Shown in pieces: positions 53,288 to 62,514 of a stretch of 64,000 nucleotides of DNA. The notes beneath the pieces were generated by a model. That model was not told the origin of the DNA. It saw only the letters and a program-made list of their open reading frames with translations, and did no database searches. Origin of the DNA: an uncultured Solirubrobacterales bacterium (GTDB lineage: Bacteria > Actinomycetota > Thermoleophilia > Solirubrobacterales > Solirubrobacteraceae). A program made the position numbers and the translations under genes. The first letter of the stretch is position 1; every line of letters starts with the position of its first letter. The DNA lies in the NCBI GenBank assembly GCA_963744815.1, contig CAVUVL010000014.1, forward strand, positions 14,344-78,343, given 5' to 3'.

Positions 53288-54202
53288 TCCCACCCTCGTA
53301 CCCCGGGCTCCGGCCACCCGGACCAGCACCATCGCCCACGTCCGAAACGGGCGCCAGCGCTCGGCCAAACCACTGAACCACTCGGGCGTCGGCGCCTCGG
53401 TGTGACCGTAGAAGCGGGCCGCGTGGGCCATCACCCGGGGCTCGGGGGAGGGCAGCAGCGCATCGGCGAAGCCCGAGGCCCGCAGCACGATCAGCCCCGC
53501 GTAGAACGGGCCGATCCCGCGGATTTCCTGAAGCTCGGCGAACGCCCGCTCGGGTCCCAGGGCGTGTAAGCGGGGCACGTCCAGTGCGCCCTCCTGCGCC
53601 GCCTCGGCCACGCCGCGCAGGCGCACGAGCTTCTCCAGGTTCAGGCCGGCAAAGCGGTCGCCGAGCTCGAGCAGGTGCCCCGGCTGCGGGAACGCGTGCA
53701 GGGTCTTGCCCTCGAGCTCGAAGCTGTCGCCCAACTGCAAGCTGAGCTCGTCCCGCACGCGGCGGCCCTGCGCGGCCGGACGCCGGCTGGAGATGATCGC
53801 CCAGGCCGCGCCCTCGTAGGGCGAGCAGAACAGCACCGGGCGCTGGCCGGGATGGGCCCGCTGGAGCTCGCCCAGCACCGGATCGGCCTCGCCGACCGCA
53901 AGGAAACCCGCGCCGTCGTGGTCTAACGACACAATCCGCGCCACCTGCGAGACGGCGACCTCGGCCGGTGCCCCGTCGCGCAGGGTCAGCTCGACGCTCA
54001 CCGGACCGCGCAGATCCTCGTCCTGGCGCAGGACGGCGCCGGCGTAGCCCCGACCACCGTCGACCGGAAAGGCCAGACGCAGCCGATTCGTGCTCTCCAG
54101 GGCGAGCCCCTCGGTCGGCCCGAACCCAAAACCGGCCGCCGCTCGCAGCGAGAACTCGCCCGAGACCGGCAGCTCCGCTCGATGATGCTCGACTGCAGGC
54201 AC
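53276..54202 (-). CDS. alkA: DNA-3-methyladenine glycosylase II-like (HhH-GPD)
   Basis: SPYEGAAWAII, HAFPQP, LQEIRGIGPFYA (HhH), AERWRPFRTWA. Confidence 0.85.
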   Translation of the reverse strand: MPAVEHHRAELPVSGEFSLRAAAGFGFGPTEGLALESTNRLRLAFPVDGGRGYAGAVLRQDEDLRGPVSVELTLRDGAPAEVAVSQVARIVSLDHDGAGFLAVGEADPVLGELQRAHPGQRPVLFCSPYEGAAWAIISSRRPAAQGRRVRDELSLQLGDSFELEGKTLHAFPQPGHLLELGDRFAGLNLEKLVRLRGVAEAAQEGALDVPRLHALGPERAFAELQEIRGIGPFYAGLIVLRASGFADALLPSPEPRVMAHAARFYGHTEAPTPEWFSGLAERWRPFRTWAMVLVRVAGARGTRVGGAG

Positions 54203-54254
54203 TTGCGCAAATGTATGGAAACCGACCTCGCGTTGGTAGCCTGTCCGGCTCTCG

Positions 54255-55835
54255 ATGGGCGAGCTCGGAGCATTCCTGAAGATCCACCGGGTCGGCTTTG
54301 ACAAGCGCGACCCGGGCAGCCGCGTGGCCGATTACAAGCAGTATTTCGGCGTGCAGCCGGTCGAGGAGCTGCGCCGGCAGGGCGCCCGCTGCATGGACTG
54401 TGGCGTGCCGTTCTGCCACGAGGGCTGCCCGCTGGGGAACCTGATCCCGGACTGGAATGACCTGGTCTACCGCGACAAGTGGCGCGACGCCATCGACCAG
54501 CTGCACAGCACCAACAACTTCCCCGAGTTCACCGGGCTGATCTGCCCGGCGCCGTGCGAATCGGCCTGCGTGCTGGCCATCAACGACGACCCGGTGACGA
54601 TCGAGCAGATCGAGCTGGCGATCATCGAACGCGCGTACGCCGAGGGCTGGGTCGTGGCCGAGCCGCCGAGCCGGCGCTCCGGGCGCACGGTGGCGGTGGT
54701 CGGGGCCGGTCCGGCTGGGCTGGCCGTGGCGGCCGAGCTCAACCGCTGCGGGCACTCGGTCACCGTGTACGAGCGTGACGAGGGCCCCGGGGGCCTGCTG
54801 CGCTTCGGGGTTCCAGACGCCAAGCTCGAGAAGTGGATCATCGACCGGCGGGTGTCGATCCTCGAGCAGGAGGGGATCGAGTTCGTCTACGACACCGACG
54901 TCGGACGCGACGTCACCGCGGCCGAGCTCCAGGATCGCTTCGATGCCCTGGTCATCTCGATCGGCTCGCGCGTGCCGCGTGGGATCGACGCCCCCGGCCG
55001 CGATTTGGCCGGCATCCACCTGGCCATGGACTACCTCTACCAGCGCAACCGCTGGGTGGCCAAGTCACAGGGGCGGCCGTTCCGCGAGCCCGCACCGGGC
55101 ACCGAGATCACCGCCCGCGACAAGAAGGTGATCGTGATCGGCGGCGGCGACACCGGCATGGACTGCATCTCGAACTCCCATCGCGAGGAGGCGCTCAGCG
55201 TGCAGATGCTCGACGTCTACGCCGAGCTGCCGGCGGGCGCGGAGGACCCGCGCCATCCGTGGCCGCTGCCGCCCAAGCGGACCGAGACGACCTATGCGCT
55301 GGACGAGGGCGGCAAGCGACGGTGGGGGACCGAGCTCACGGGCTTCGGCGGCAAGGACGGCAGCGTCAGCCACGTCTACGCGCGCAAGGTCACCGGCACC
55401 TCGTCCCGTGACCTGACGCCGGTTCCGGGCAGCGAGTTTGTACTGGAGGCCGACCTGGTCCTGGTGGCGATCGGCTTCGAGCACCCCGAGCACGACGGGA
55501 TCGTCGGCAAGCTCGGGCTCGACCTCGACCATCGCGGCAACATCCGGACCGATCAGACGTATCGCTCGTCGGTGGGGCGCGTGTACGCCTGCGGGGACGC
55601 CCGCGTCGGGCAGTCCCTGGTGGTGACGGCGATCGCCGAGGGGCGCAAATGCGCACGGATCGTCAACGCGGACCTCGGCGGCAGCCCGATGGACGCCGAC
55701 CGCGAGATGCTGGCCGTCGGAGCCTGGAGCGGAGAGGCCGATCACACGCTGCGTCACGAGGCCGAAGCGGCCGGTACGGTGCGCCCGGGGGAGGAGTTCT
55801 TCAGCGGGCCGGGAACCCGTAAGAGCCCGCAGTAA
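54255..55835 (+). CDS. gltD: Glutamate synthase small subunit
   Basis: RCMDCGVPFC..CPLGNLIP, NNFPEFTG..CPAPCESAC, VGAGPAGL, IGGGDTGMDC. Confidence 0.96.
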   Translation: MGELGAFLKIHRVGFDKRDPGSRVADYKQYFGVQPVEELRRQGARCMDCGVPFCHEGCPLGNLIPDWNDLVYRDKWRDAIDQLHSTNNFPEFTGLICPAPCESACVLAINDDPVTIEQIELAIIERAYAEGWVVAEPPSRRSGRTVAVVGAGPAGLAVAAELNRCGHSVTVYERDEGPGGLLRFGVPDAKLEKWIIDRRVSILEQEGIEFVYDTDVGRDVTAAELQDRFDALVISIGSRVPRGIDAPGRDLAGIHLAMDYLYQRNRWVAKSQGRPFREPAPGTEITARDKKVIVIGGGDTGMDCISNSHREEALSVQMLDVYAELPAGAEDPRHPWPLPPKRTETTYALDEGGKRRWGTELTGFGGKDGSVSHVYARKVTGTSSRDLTPVPGSEFVLEADLVLVAIGFEHPEHDGIVGKLGLDLDHRGNIRTDQTYRSSVGRVYACGDARVGQSLVVTAIAEGRKCARIVNADLGGSPMDADREMLAVGAWSGEADHTLRHEAEAAGTVRPGEEFFSGPGTRKSPQ

Positions 55836-55863
55836 GCAGGCTTAAACGGTCCGTCCAGCATGG

Positions 55864-55893
55864 TTGTCCGGTGCTGACCGGTCGTGCTAGGCT
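55864..55893 (+). promoter_or_regulatory. Putative sigma-A promoter with extended -10
   Basis: TTGTCC-18 nt-TAGGCT, with TGn immediately before the -10. Confidence 0.55.
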
Positions 55894-55899
55894 AGGCCC

Positions 55900-56058
55900 G
55901 AATCGGGGTTACTGAAGACGGGTTCGGCTTTGGGGCACTTTTAGGTTTACTTATAGCTTGGGACGGGGAAACTCGCCCCTGTCGGTCAGGGAACTGCGCC
56001 CCCACTTCCCTGGCTCTCCGGGGGGCCCAGATGGATCTGGGCCCCCCGGTCCTTTTCT
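55900..56058 (+). ncRNA. Candidate ~155-nt small RNA
   Basis: Lies between the promoter and an intrinsic terminator; U-rich 5' part, hairpins at 55962-55983 and 55987-56012 (C-rich loop); no convincing ORF. Confidence 0.5.
56018..56058 (+). terminator. Intrinsic terminator
   Basis: Perfect 14-bp stem CCGGGGGGCCCAGA/TCTGGGCCCCCCGG, loop TGGA, then TCCTTTTCT. Confidence 0.8.
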
Positions 56059-56076
56059 GAGCACGTTCACGGGCTT

Positions 56077-56182
56077 GGGGGCCCGCACGGACAGGCGCTG
56101 AGGGGCCCGCACGGAGACGAGCTCGGGGGCCCGCACGGGCAGGCGCTCGGGGGCCCGCACCGAGCACGAGCTCGGGGGCCCG
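56077..56182. repeat. 24-bp tandem repeat, alternating A/B units
   Basis: (G/A)GGGGCCCGCAC-headed units at 56077, 56101, 56125 and 56149; partial at 56174. Confidence 0.85.
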
Positions 56183-56236
56183 TTTCAGAGGCGGCATTGC
56201 TCCGCCGCCGACTGCGGGGTGTGCGACCGTGTGTGA

Positions 56237-57265
56237 GTGCCCGTCGCTGCCGTAGCCGCCGTGGGCAGCCACCACGGCTGCAGCTCGTTCAGCTGCACGG
56301 TCAGCGGCCTGTTTGACTCAGCCGGGACGTTCTTCTCGCAGCTGGCCGGCCTTAGCTGGTTCGCGCTGCTGCTCGGCATGGCCCTGTACGCGCTGTACCT
56401 GCTGCTGCGCTCCCGAGCGCTGTGGGGCGCGGTGCAGACGGCCTATCCCGATGTCCGGGTGCGGTGGCGCGACATCTGGGGCGCCTACATGGTCGGCTAC
56501 GCGATCAACAACGTGTTCCCGCTGGGGGGCGGCAACATCGCCCAGCTGTTCCTGACCCGGGTGGCGATCCCTGAGTCCAGCTATCCGACGATCGCGGCGG
56601 CGCTGTCCACCGGGGTGATCTTCGACTGGTTCATGGGCCTGTTGATCATGTGCTTCGCCTTCACCCAGGGGGTGTTCCCCAAGCCGCCGGATTTCTCCAA
56701 GCTGCCGGCCTTCGACATCAGCTTCTTCGCCTCCAACATGCGCTTCACGCTGTTCTTCCTGACCGTGCTGGCGATCCTGTTCGTGGTCGCCTTCGGCCTG
56801 CTCTCGGCCCGGGTCCGGGCCTTCTGGGCCCGCATCCGCCAGGGCCTGGCGATCCTGCGCGACCGTGACGCCTACAAGCGCAAGATGGCCTCGTGGCAGT
56901 TCGCGAGCTGGATCGCCCGCTTCTTCGCGTATTGGGCGCTGCTGGACGCCTTTCACATCGGCGGCTCGGTGCGCAACGCCCTGCTCGTGCTGGCCGTCCA
57001 GGTGATCGCCTCGGTGTTCCCCTTCACCCCCGGCGGCGCCGGCGTCCAGCAGGCGCTGCTGCTGGCCATCTTCAGCCACAACCCCGACGTGGCCGCGTTC
57101 TCGGTCGGCCAGCAGATCGCGACCGCGATCCTGACCTCGGCGCTGGGCTTCGGCGCGCTGGTCTTCATCTTCCGCTTCAAGAGCTTCAAGGAGGTGATCG
57201 CCCGCGGCCGCGAGCACCGGCGCAGCGAGGGTGTGGCGGCCAGCGTCCCGGCCGGCGAAACCTAG
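56237..57265 (+). CDS. Lysylphosphatidylglycerol synthase TM / flippase-like (UPF0104) membrane protein
   Basis: GYAINNVFP..GG, PFTPGGAGVQQ, many TM helices. Confidence 0.82.
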   Translation: MPVAAVAAVGSHHGCSSFSCTVSGLFDSAGTFFSQLAGLSWFALLLGMALYALYLLLRSRALWGAVQTAYPDVRVRWRDIWGAYMVGYAINNVFPLGGGNIAQLFLTRVAIPESSYPTIAAALSTGVIFDWFMGLLIMCFAFTQGVFPKPPDFSKLPAFDISFFASNMRFTLFFLTVLAILFVVAFGLLSARVRAFWARIRQGLAILRDRDAYKRKMASWQFASWIARFFAYWALLDAFHIGGSVRNALLVLAVQVIASVFPFTPGGAGVQQALLLAIFSHNPDVAAFSVGQQIATAILTSALGFGALVFIFRFKSFKEVIARGREHRRSEGVAASVPAGET

Positions 57266-57351
57266 GCGAGCGCTAGGCGAACCCCGAGCGCCGCCGGCGG
57301 CCGCTCGAATGCCATCCAATTTATGAAACGTGGCACTAGGCTCATTGGAGC

Positions 57352-58348
57352 ATGCCGACCTTCTGCCGCCACAACCATCTGATCCAGAACTGTCCGATCT
57401 GCTCGCGCGAGCAGAACGTCGAGCTGCGCCCGATCGTCTCCCCGAGCGGTCCCAAGGCGACCCAGGCGCGCGCGGACGCGTGCAGCCGCCGGCGCTAGGG
57501 CCCCACGCACGGCTACACGCACGGCCAGGTCGGCGTCCGGGATGACCGTGCGCCGTATGCAGCGCGGCGTCGAGGACGGCTTTCGCTCCGAGCTTGTGCC
57601 GGGGCTGAAGTCCAGCGCCGACGCCGAGCGTCTGGCCGACGAGCTGGCCTTCGCCGGGACCCGACTGCTGGTGCTGGCCGCCGATCCGCCGGGGCTGTAC
57701 GCCGAGGTGGCCGATCCCGGGAGCGGCCTCGAGGAGCGCTGCTGGCTGGCCTTCCTGATCGCCTGGCTGGGGCCGCAGGACGGCGATCACGCGTTCGCGG
57801 AGATCGAGCGCGTGCGCACCACCTGGGCCTCGGGCCAGGACCCGGAGGTGGCCGACCTCGAGCCAGGGCCGCGAGGCCTGCGCGATCGCGCCCAGGCTGA
57901 GCGGACCCCGAGTGCCTACCGCGCCTGGGCGGCGCGGGCGGGCTCGCAGGCCGTGGCGTTCACCGGCGATGTCGCCTGGACTCCGGAACGCCGTTTCGCC
58001 CGGGTCTTCGAGCGCATGGCGCTGCCCGGGCTGGATCGCGGCGCCCGCTTTGACCTGCTGACCACGCTCGGGCGCCTCGGGGTGTTCGAGCTCGAGGCCG
58101 CTTCGCTGTTTCTGGTCGGCGGCGACGACGTGACGATCGCCGCCAAGCGACTGCTGGGGATCGGCGATCCGCTGCTGCTCGATCGCCGGGCCGCCGCGCT
58201 GGCCGAGGCCTGCGAGCTGCCGCTGGAGGCGCTCGACGCCGGCTTGTACAACTGGGGCCTGGGAGAGCGGGCCGGTCTCGGCATGCCGCCCTCGCTGGAG
58301 CCCGACCCTGGCCTGGCCGCCGCCGCGCGCGACGCGCTCGGCCTGTAG
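57352..58348 (+). CDS. Hypothetical protein: N-terminal Cys/His motif + aGPT-pyrophosphorylase clade 3-like domain; frameshift near 57470
   Basis: MPTFCRHNHLIQNCPICSRE (not in the ORF track) joins ORF 57542..58348 by a 1-nt shift; ERCWLAFL..FERMALPGLDRGARFDLLTTLGRLG..LFL..AAKRLLG. Confidence 0.6.
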
Positions 58349-58459
58349 CTGCGGTACTCCCGCATACCAAGCGCATCACACGCTGAATCGGCATCGCGGC
58401 GGCTCCGTCCGAGGCAGGGCCTACCTTCCGCTCGTGCGTATCCACCAGCCGGAGGTTCA

Positions 58460-58915
58460 ATGACCCTCTGCTTCATCGAACCGCAGAACGCCATCCGGGT
58501 GATCGCCGACTCGGTTGGCCGCGAGGCGCGCCGCCAGATCCTCGGCGAGGTGGTCCGCGCGTGGGTGGACGAGATCCCCGAGTCCGAACTCGACTCGCAC
58601 TACGCCAAGGCGGTGGCCGACCTCGACGAGCATGACTTGTCGCTGCTCGCCGCCTGGCACGTGTCGCTGGAGGTGGGTCATCCGCTGCCCAACAAGGAGT
58701 TCCTGGTCAACGTGTTTCCTTCATTAGGCGAGAACCGGCGCGAGGCGCTCAAGATCGCCGCCGGCTTCCGCGGCGAGGAGGCCTTCGACGCCGGCGTGGG
58801 GGAGGAGCAGGCCTTCGACACCGTGCTCCCGTGGCTCTCGGACGCGCGCTGTCGGACCCTGGCTGCCGAGTGCCTCGAGCTGTACTGCTGGGATCGCCTC
58901 GGGGTCGAGAACTAG
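58460..58915 (+). CDS. Hypothetical protein (151 aa)
   Basis: SD GGAGG before ATG; GC-rich third codon positions; no family recognised. Confidence 0.75.
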   Translation: MTLCFIEPQNAIRVIADSVGREARRQILGEVVRAWVDEIPESELDSHYAKAVADLDEHDLSLLAAWHVSLEVGHPLPNKEFLVNVFPSLGENRREALKIAAGFRGEEAFDAGVGEEQAFDTVLPWLSDARCRTLAAECLELYCWDRLGVEN

Positions 58916-59003
58916 CCGCGCCAGCCGGCTCAGCCGCGCCCGAAGGTGACCAGCGCCGGGCGCCGCGCCAGCCGGCTCAGCCGCGCCCGAAGGTGACCAG
59001 CGC
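58915..59003. repeat. 42-bp direct duplication (47-bp period) spanning the GH79 stop codon
   Basis: GCCGCGCCAGCCGGCTCAGCCGCGCCCGAAGGTGACCAGCGC at 58915 and 58962. Confidence 0.9.
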
Positions 59004-60584
59004 GGCGCTCCCCGCCGGCACCGAGACCCCGAATGCCCCCGCGCGCGGGTTCAGCTGCTGGCTGATGCCCTGGGGCAGCACGCCGGTCTGGGTCTGGGAC
59101 CCGAAGCTCGCCCCGCCGATCGTCACGTGGCCCTCAGAACGCACGCTGGGGGCGCGCATCCGCAGCACGGTGGCCGGGCCGCGCCAGCCGGCCGGCGCCC
59201 GCAGGCCCACCCGCTGGCGCCGGGACTGGCTTTCGTTGACGATCACCGCGCGCACCTGCCCGTCGACCGCGCGCGTGGCCCACACGCTCAGACCCGGCGG
59301 CTGGTGGCCGCCGTCGAGCCTCAGCAGGCGGGCCCCGGGCGGAGCCGCGCGGGCGAACAGATACAGCCCGTAGTAGACCGGGGCCACGAAGGCGCGCCAT
59401 TGGTCGTCTGACCGGCTGAAGCGAAACAGCTCATAGGCCGAGCGGGGCAGCGTGTGCATGTTGACTCCGTCGACGCCCTGGCGGGCCAGCGCGAACAGCG
59501 CGTCGATCACCCACAGGCCGGCGGCGAAGGTGTCACTGACCGCGTGCTTGCCCCGGCAGGCCACCGAGTTGAGCTCGTCGATCCGCAGCTTGCGGCCCGC
59601 GGCGTGGGCCATGTGCACGTAGGCCGCGATGCCCTTGGCCAGCCCGGTGGTGGCATAGCTGGAGAGCAGGTTCGAGACGGTCGGGTACTGCTGGGAACCC
59701 GGCCCCACATAGCAGTTGCGCAGGGGGTAGCGGTGGATCGTCAGGTAGCGGACACGCGGGTTGGCCTTCAGAAAGCCGGGCAGCGTCTGGGCCCACGAGC
59801 CGGGCGTAGGCATGGGGCCGGCCGCCAGCGCGGGGCCGGCCAGCGGCTGCGCCGGGAGCCGGGCGGCGGTGGCCTGGAACTCGCTCAGGTAGTCCGGGTA
59901 GCCGAAGCTGCGAGGCCGGGTCAGGACCGGCGCGCCCGACGGCGCGTGGTAGGCGGCGATCACGTTGTAGACGTTGGGCTCGTTGCCGATCTCGAACGCG
60001 GCCAGCGAGCTTCCGAACACCTGGGCGTCGCGGCGCGCTTCGGCCTCGGCCAGCGCGGGCTGATTGGCGCCCAGATTGATCCCAGCGGTCAGCCGGGCGC
60101 CCAGCTGGCGCACCAGGGCGTCCGTGGTGGCAAACCAGCTGGGGGTGAGCGAATAGGTGACCTGCGGGGGAGGCTTGATCCCCGGGGTGGGCACCCACGA
60201 GGCGTCGGTGCTGTCTCCGCCGATCCGGATCACCGGGGCCTGACCCGGGGACAGGTTGCGAATCAGCTGGAGCAGAACGGGGTTGATGTGGTTCGGGTCC
60301 GTACCGGTATAGGCGCGGATGGCCTGGAACTCGATCGACAGCCCCAGGTAGCCACGGGGGATCGGACGCCCCGCCGGCGGCCCGATGCCCAACGTGAAGG
60401 CCGGCCGGACCGCCGGCGCCACGCCGATGACCCGATCCGGGGCCGGCGCCGGGTCCGACGCGCGCGCGGCGTGGGGGGCGTCGGAGGCTCCGTCGCCGGA
60501 GGTGGCCAGCACGGCGGCGACGGCGATCAGCGCCGCGGCAGCGCCGAGGGCGCCGGCCAGCCACCAGAACGGGTGGCGGCTCAC
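58977..60584 (-). CDS. Secreted glycoside hydrolase family 79-like protein
   Basis: N-terminal TM; GLSIEF, IRIGGDSTD, FEIGNEP (acid/base), IDELNS, VSDTFAAGLW, PVYYGL. Confidence 0.82.
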   Translation of the reverse strand: MSRHPFWWLAGALGAAAALIAVAAVLATSGDGASDAPHAARASDPAPAPDRVIGVAPAVRPAFTLGIGPPAGRPIPRGYLGLSIEFQAIRAYTGTDPNHINPVLLQLIRNLSPGQAPVIRIGGDSTDASWVPTPGIKPPPQVTYSLTPSWFATTDALVRQLGARLTAGINLGANQPALAEAEARRDAQVFGSSLAAFEIGNEPNVYNVIAAYHAPSGAPVLTRPRSFGYPDYLSEFQATAARLPAQPLAGPALAAGPMPTPGSWAQTLPGFLKANPRVRYLTIHRYPLRNCYVGPGSQQYPTVSNLLSSYATTGLAKGIAAYVHMAHAAGRKLRIDELNSVACRGKHAVSDTFAAGLWVIDALFALARQGVDGVNMHTLPRSAYELFRFSRSDDQWRAFVAPVYYGLYLFARAAPPGARLLRLDGGHQPPGLSVWATRAVDGQVRAVIVNESQSRRQRVGLRAPAGWRGPATVLRMRAPSVRSEGHVTIGGASFGSQTQTGVLPQGISQQLNPRAGAFGVSVPAGSAALVTFGRG

Positions 60585-61226
60585 AGGCCGCCGCGCCCCC
60601 AGGATCGCCTCGGCCTCGGCGATCGCCTGCTCGGTGGTCTGAAACCACACCGCCCGGAGGCCGAGGTCCTGCGCGGCCCGGCAGTTGTCCTGCACGTCGT
60701 CGATGAACAGGGCCGCATCGGCGCTTACCCCCAGGCGTTCGAGGGTCAGCTCGTAGATCCGCGGCTCGGGCTTGCGGGTGCCGACGAAGGCCGAGTCGAC
60801 GACGACGTCGAAGATCTCGTCGATCGGGAGCATGGCTCGCCAGCGGGCCTCCCACTCGCGCACGTTGTTGGTGCAGATCGCGAGCTTGTAGCCCCGCCCG
60901 CGCAGCTCACGCATGTAGTCGATCACGACCGGATTGGGCTTCAGCGTGGCGAAGTAGCGCTCTCCGAACCCGTCGAGCTCGATCGGCCGCTGGAGCTGCT
61001 CGGTCAGATGGGCGGCCAGCGAGCCCAAGAACTCCTGCTCGGTCAGCCGTCCGGTCTCCAGCTCGTAGAGGGGGTTGGCGCCATGTTCGGCGGCCACCGC
61101 GGCGATCGCCTGGCCGAGGTGCTCGAGCGAGATGCCCGAGCTCTCGTGGAAGGCCGAGAAGGAGTCCATCAGCGGGGTCGTGAGCACGCCGCCAAAGTCA
61201 CTGATCACCGCCTCCATGCCGGCCAT
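60581..61226 (-). CDS. HAD family hydrolase
   Basis: AVISDFGGVL, CTNN, VGTRKPEPRIY, LFIDD; fusion to GH79 in the ORF track is probably a G-homopolymer error. Confidence 0.88.
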
Positions 61227-61230
61227 CGCC

Positions 61231-61968
61231 TCAGCGGGTGAAACGGGCCAGCACGTAGACGCCCGCCCCGTCGCGACCGGTCTTGTGACATCGCATCGGA
61301 GTCACGCTGAGCCGGACGTGGTCGTTGCGCACGGTGACGGCCTCGCCCTGTGCCTCGGCCGCGGCCCGGCGCGGGTACTGCTCCTCGCCCTCGCCGATCC
61401 ACAGCTCGACGCTGGCTCGATCGGGCTGCTCGGGCTGCCGATAGGTGGTCGACAGGCGCGGGTCGTCGACGTGGATCGCGCCCTCGGGATCAAACAGCGT
61501 GGCGGCCATGATGTCGGACTCCTGGTCGTGCCGGCCCGACGGCCGCAGCGACAGGAGCGCCAGGCCGTCGTCGGCCTCGAACCAGCCCGACAGGGCGCGC
61601 AGGGAATCCAGCCGGCCCGCGTCGAGGGGCTCGCCGACGCTAGCGGTGGCCAGCGCCTGGACGTGATGATCGGAGCCGGCCACGGTGATCGACCCCGACA
61701 CGGTGCACAGCTCGGGGCCCGGGGCGGCGGGACGCCGGTCGCCATCGGCGTCCGGAGCGACCAGCAGTTCGACGCCGGGGCCGGTCACGCGCCAGGCCCC
61801 GCCCTCAGTCTGCACCGAGACCGCGGCGGCGCCGGCGCCCGAGGTCGTGCCCTCGGGGACGGCGACCACGAGCAGCGGCTCGCCGGCTGCGAGCAGGCAG
61901 CCCCACAGGCGGCCGTCGAGGTCGCCGAAGGAGATGATGCGGGGCGCGGGCGGCGCGGTCGCCGTCAT
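61231..61968 (-). CDS. Hypothetical protein (245 aa)
   Basis: Tightly coupled between fxsA and the HAD gene; DDPRLSTTY..ASVELW..YPRRAAAE. Confidence 0.7.
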   Translation of the reverse strand: MTATAPPAPRIISFGDLDGRLWGCLLAAGEPLLVVAVPEGTTSGAGAAAVSVQTEGGAWRVTGPGVELLVAPDADGDRRPAAPGPELCTVSGSITVAGSDHHVQALATASVGEPLDAGRLDSLRALSGWFEADDGLALLSLRPSGRHDQESDIMAATLFDPEGAIHVDDPRLSTTYRQPEQPDRASVELWIGEGEEQYPRRAAAEAQGEAVTVRNDHVRLSVTPMRCHKTGRDGAGVYVLARFTR

Positions 61969-62435
61969 CGAGGCAGTTGCGCACCGTCGACGTCGGTGGC
62001 GGTCGAGTCCACGTCGTACGGTCTGCGACCTCGGCCAAAGCTGGTGGCCTGCACTACGAAGCGACTGCGTGCGTTGCGGGCAATCCCGCGGCGAGCCAGC
62101 GCCCGCACCGGCCCGACCAGCAGCAGTAGGCCGAGCACGTCGGTGATGAAACCGGGCACGATCAGCAGCGCGGCCCCGGCCACGATCAGGGCACCGTCGA
62201 TCACCTGCTTGCCGGGCGAGCGCCCCGCCGCCACCGCCGCGCTCAGCCGCCGCCAGGCGCCGCGGCCCCGCTCACGCAGCACCCAGAAGCCGAGCGGCAG
62301 GCTCAGCGCCAGCAACAGCAACATCGGCAGCACGCCGATCAGCTGGGCGACCCCGATCGCGGCCAGCAGCTCGGCCAACGGCCAGCAGATCATCAGCAGC
62401 AGGGCAACCATTGACAGTAAGGCTAGGACAAACAC
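61965..62435 (-). CDS. fxsA: FxsA family membrane protein
   Basis: DGALIVAGAALLIVPGFITDVLGLLLL; C-terminal DVD motif. Confidence 0.88.
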   Translation of the reverse strand: MFVLALLSMVALLLMICWPLAELLAAIGVAQLIGVLPMLLLLALSLPLGFWVLRERGRGAWRRLSAAVAAGRSPGKQVIDGALIVAGAALLIVPGFITDVLGLLLLVGPVRALARRGIARNARSRFVVQATSFGRGRRPYDVDSTATDVDGAQLPR

Positions 62436-62514
62436 CGCAAGGTTTGGTGAAGAGACGGCTCGCGGCCGTCAGAGCCGCAGTCAGGCCGGCCGTGCCGGCG
62501 CCCTGAGCCCGCGG

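Noticed and set aside
56077-56182. CRISPR-like array (also 53157-53287)
   Set aside because: The repeats are contiguous or have 12-nt recurring tails, with no unique ~30-nt spacers and no cas genes.
58977-61226. Novel HAD-GH79 fusion protein
   Set aside because: Removing one G from the 5-G run near 60596-60600 gives a stop overlapping a GTG start (GTGA); an internal signal/TM segment supports two genes.
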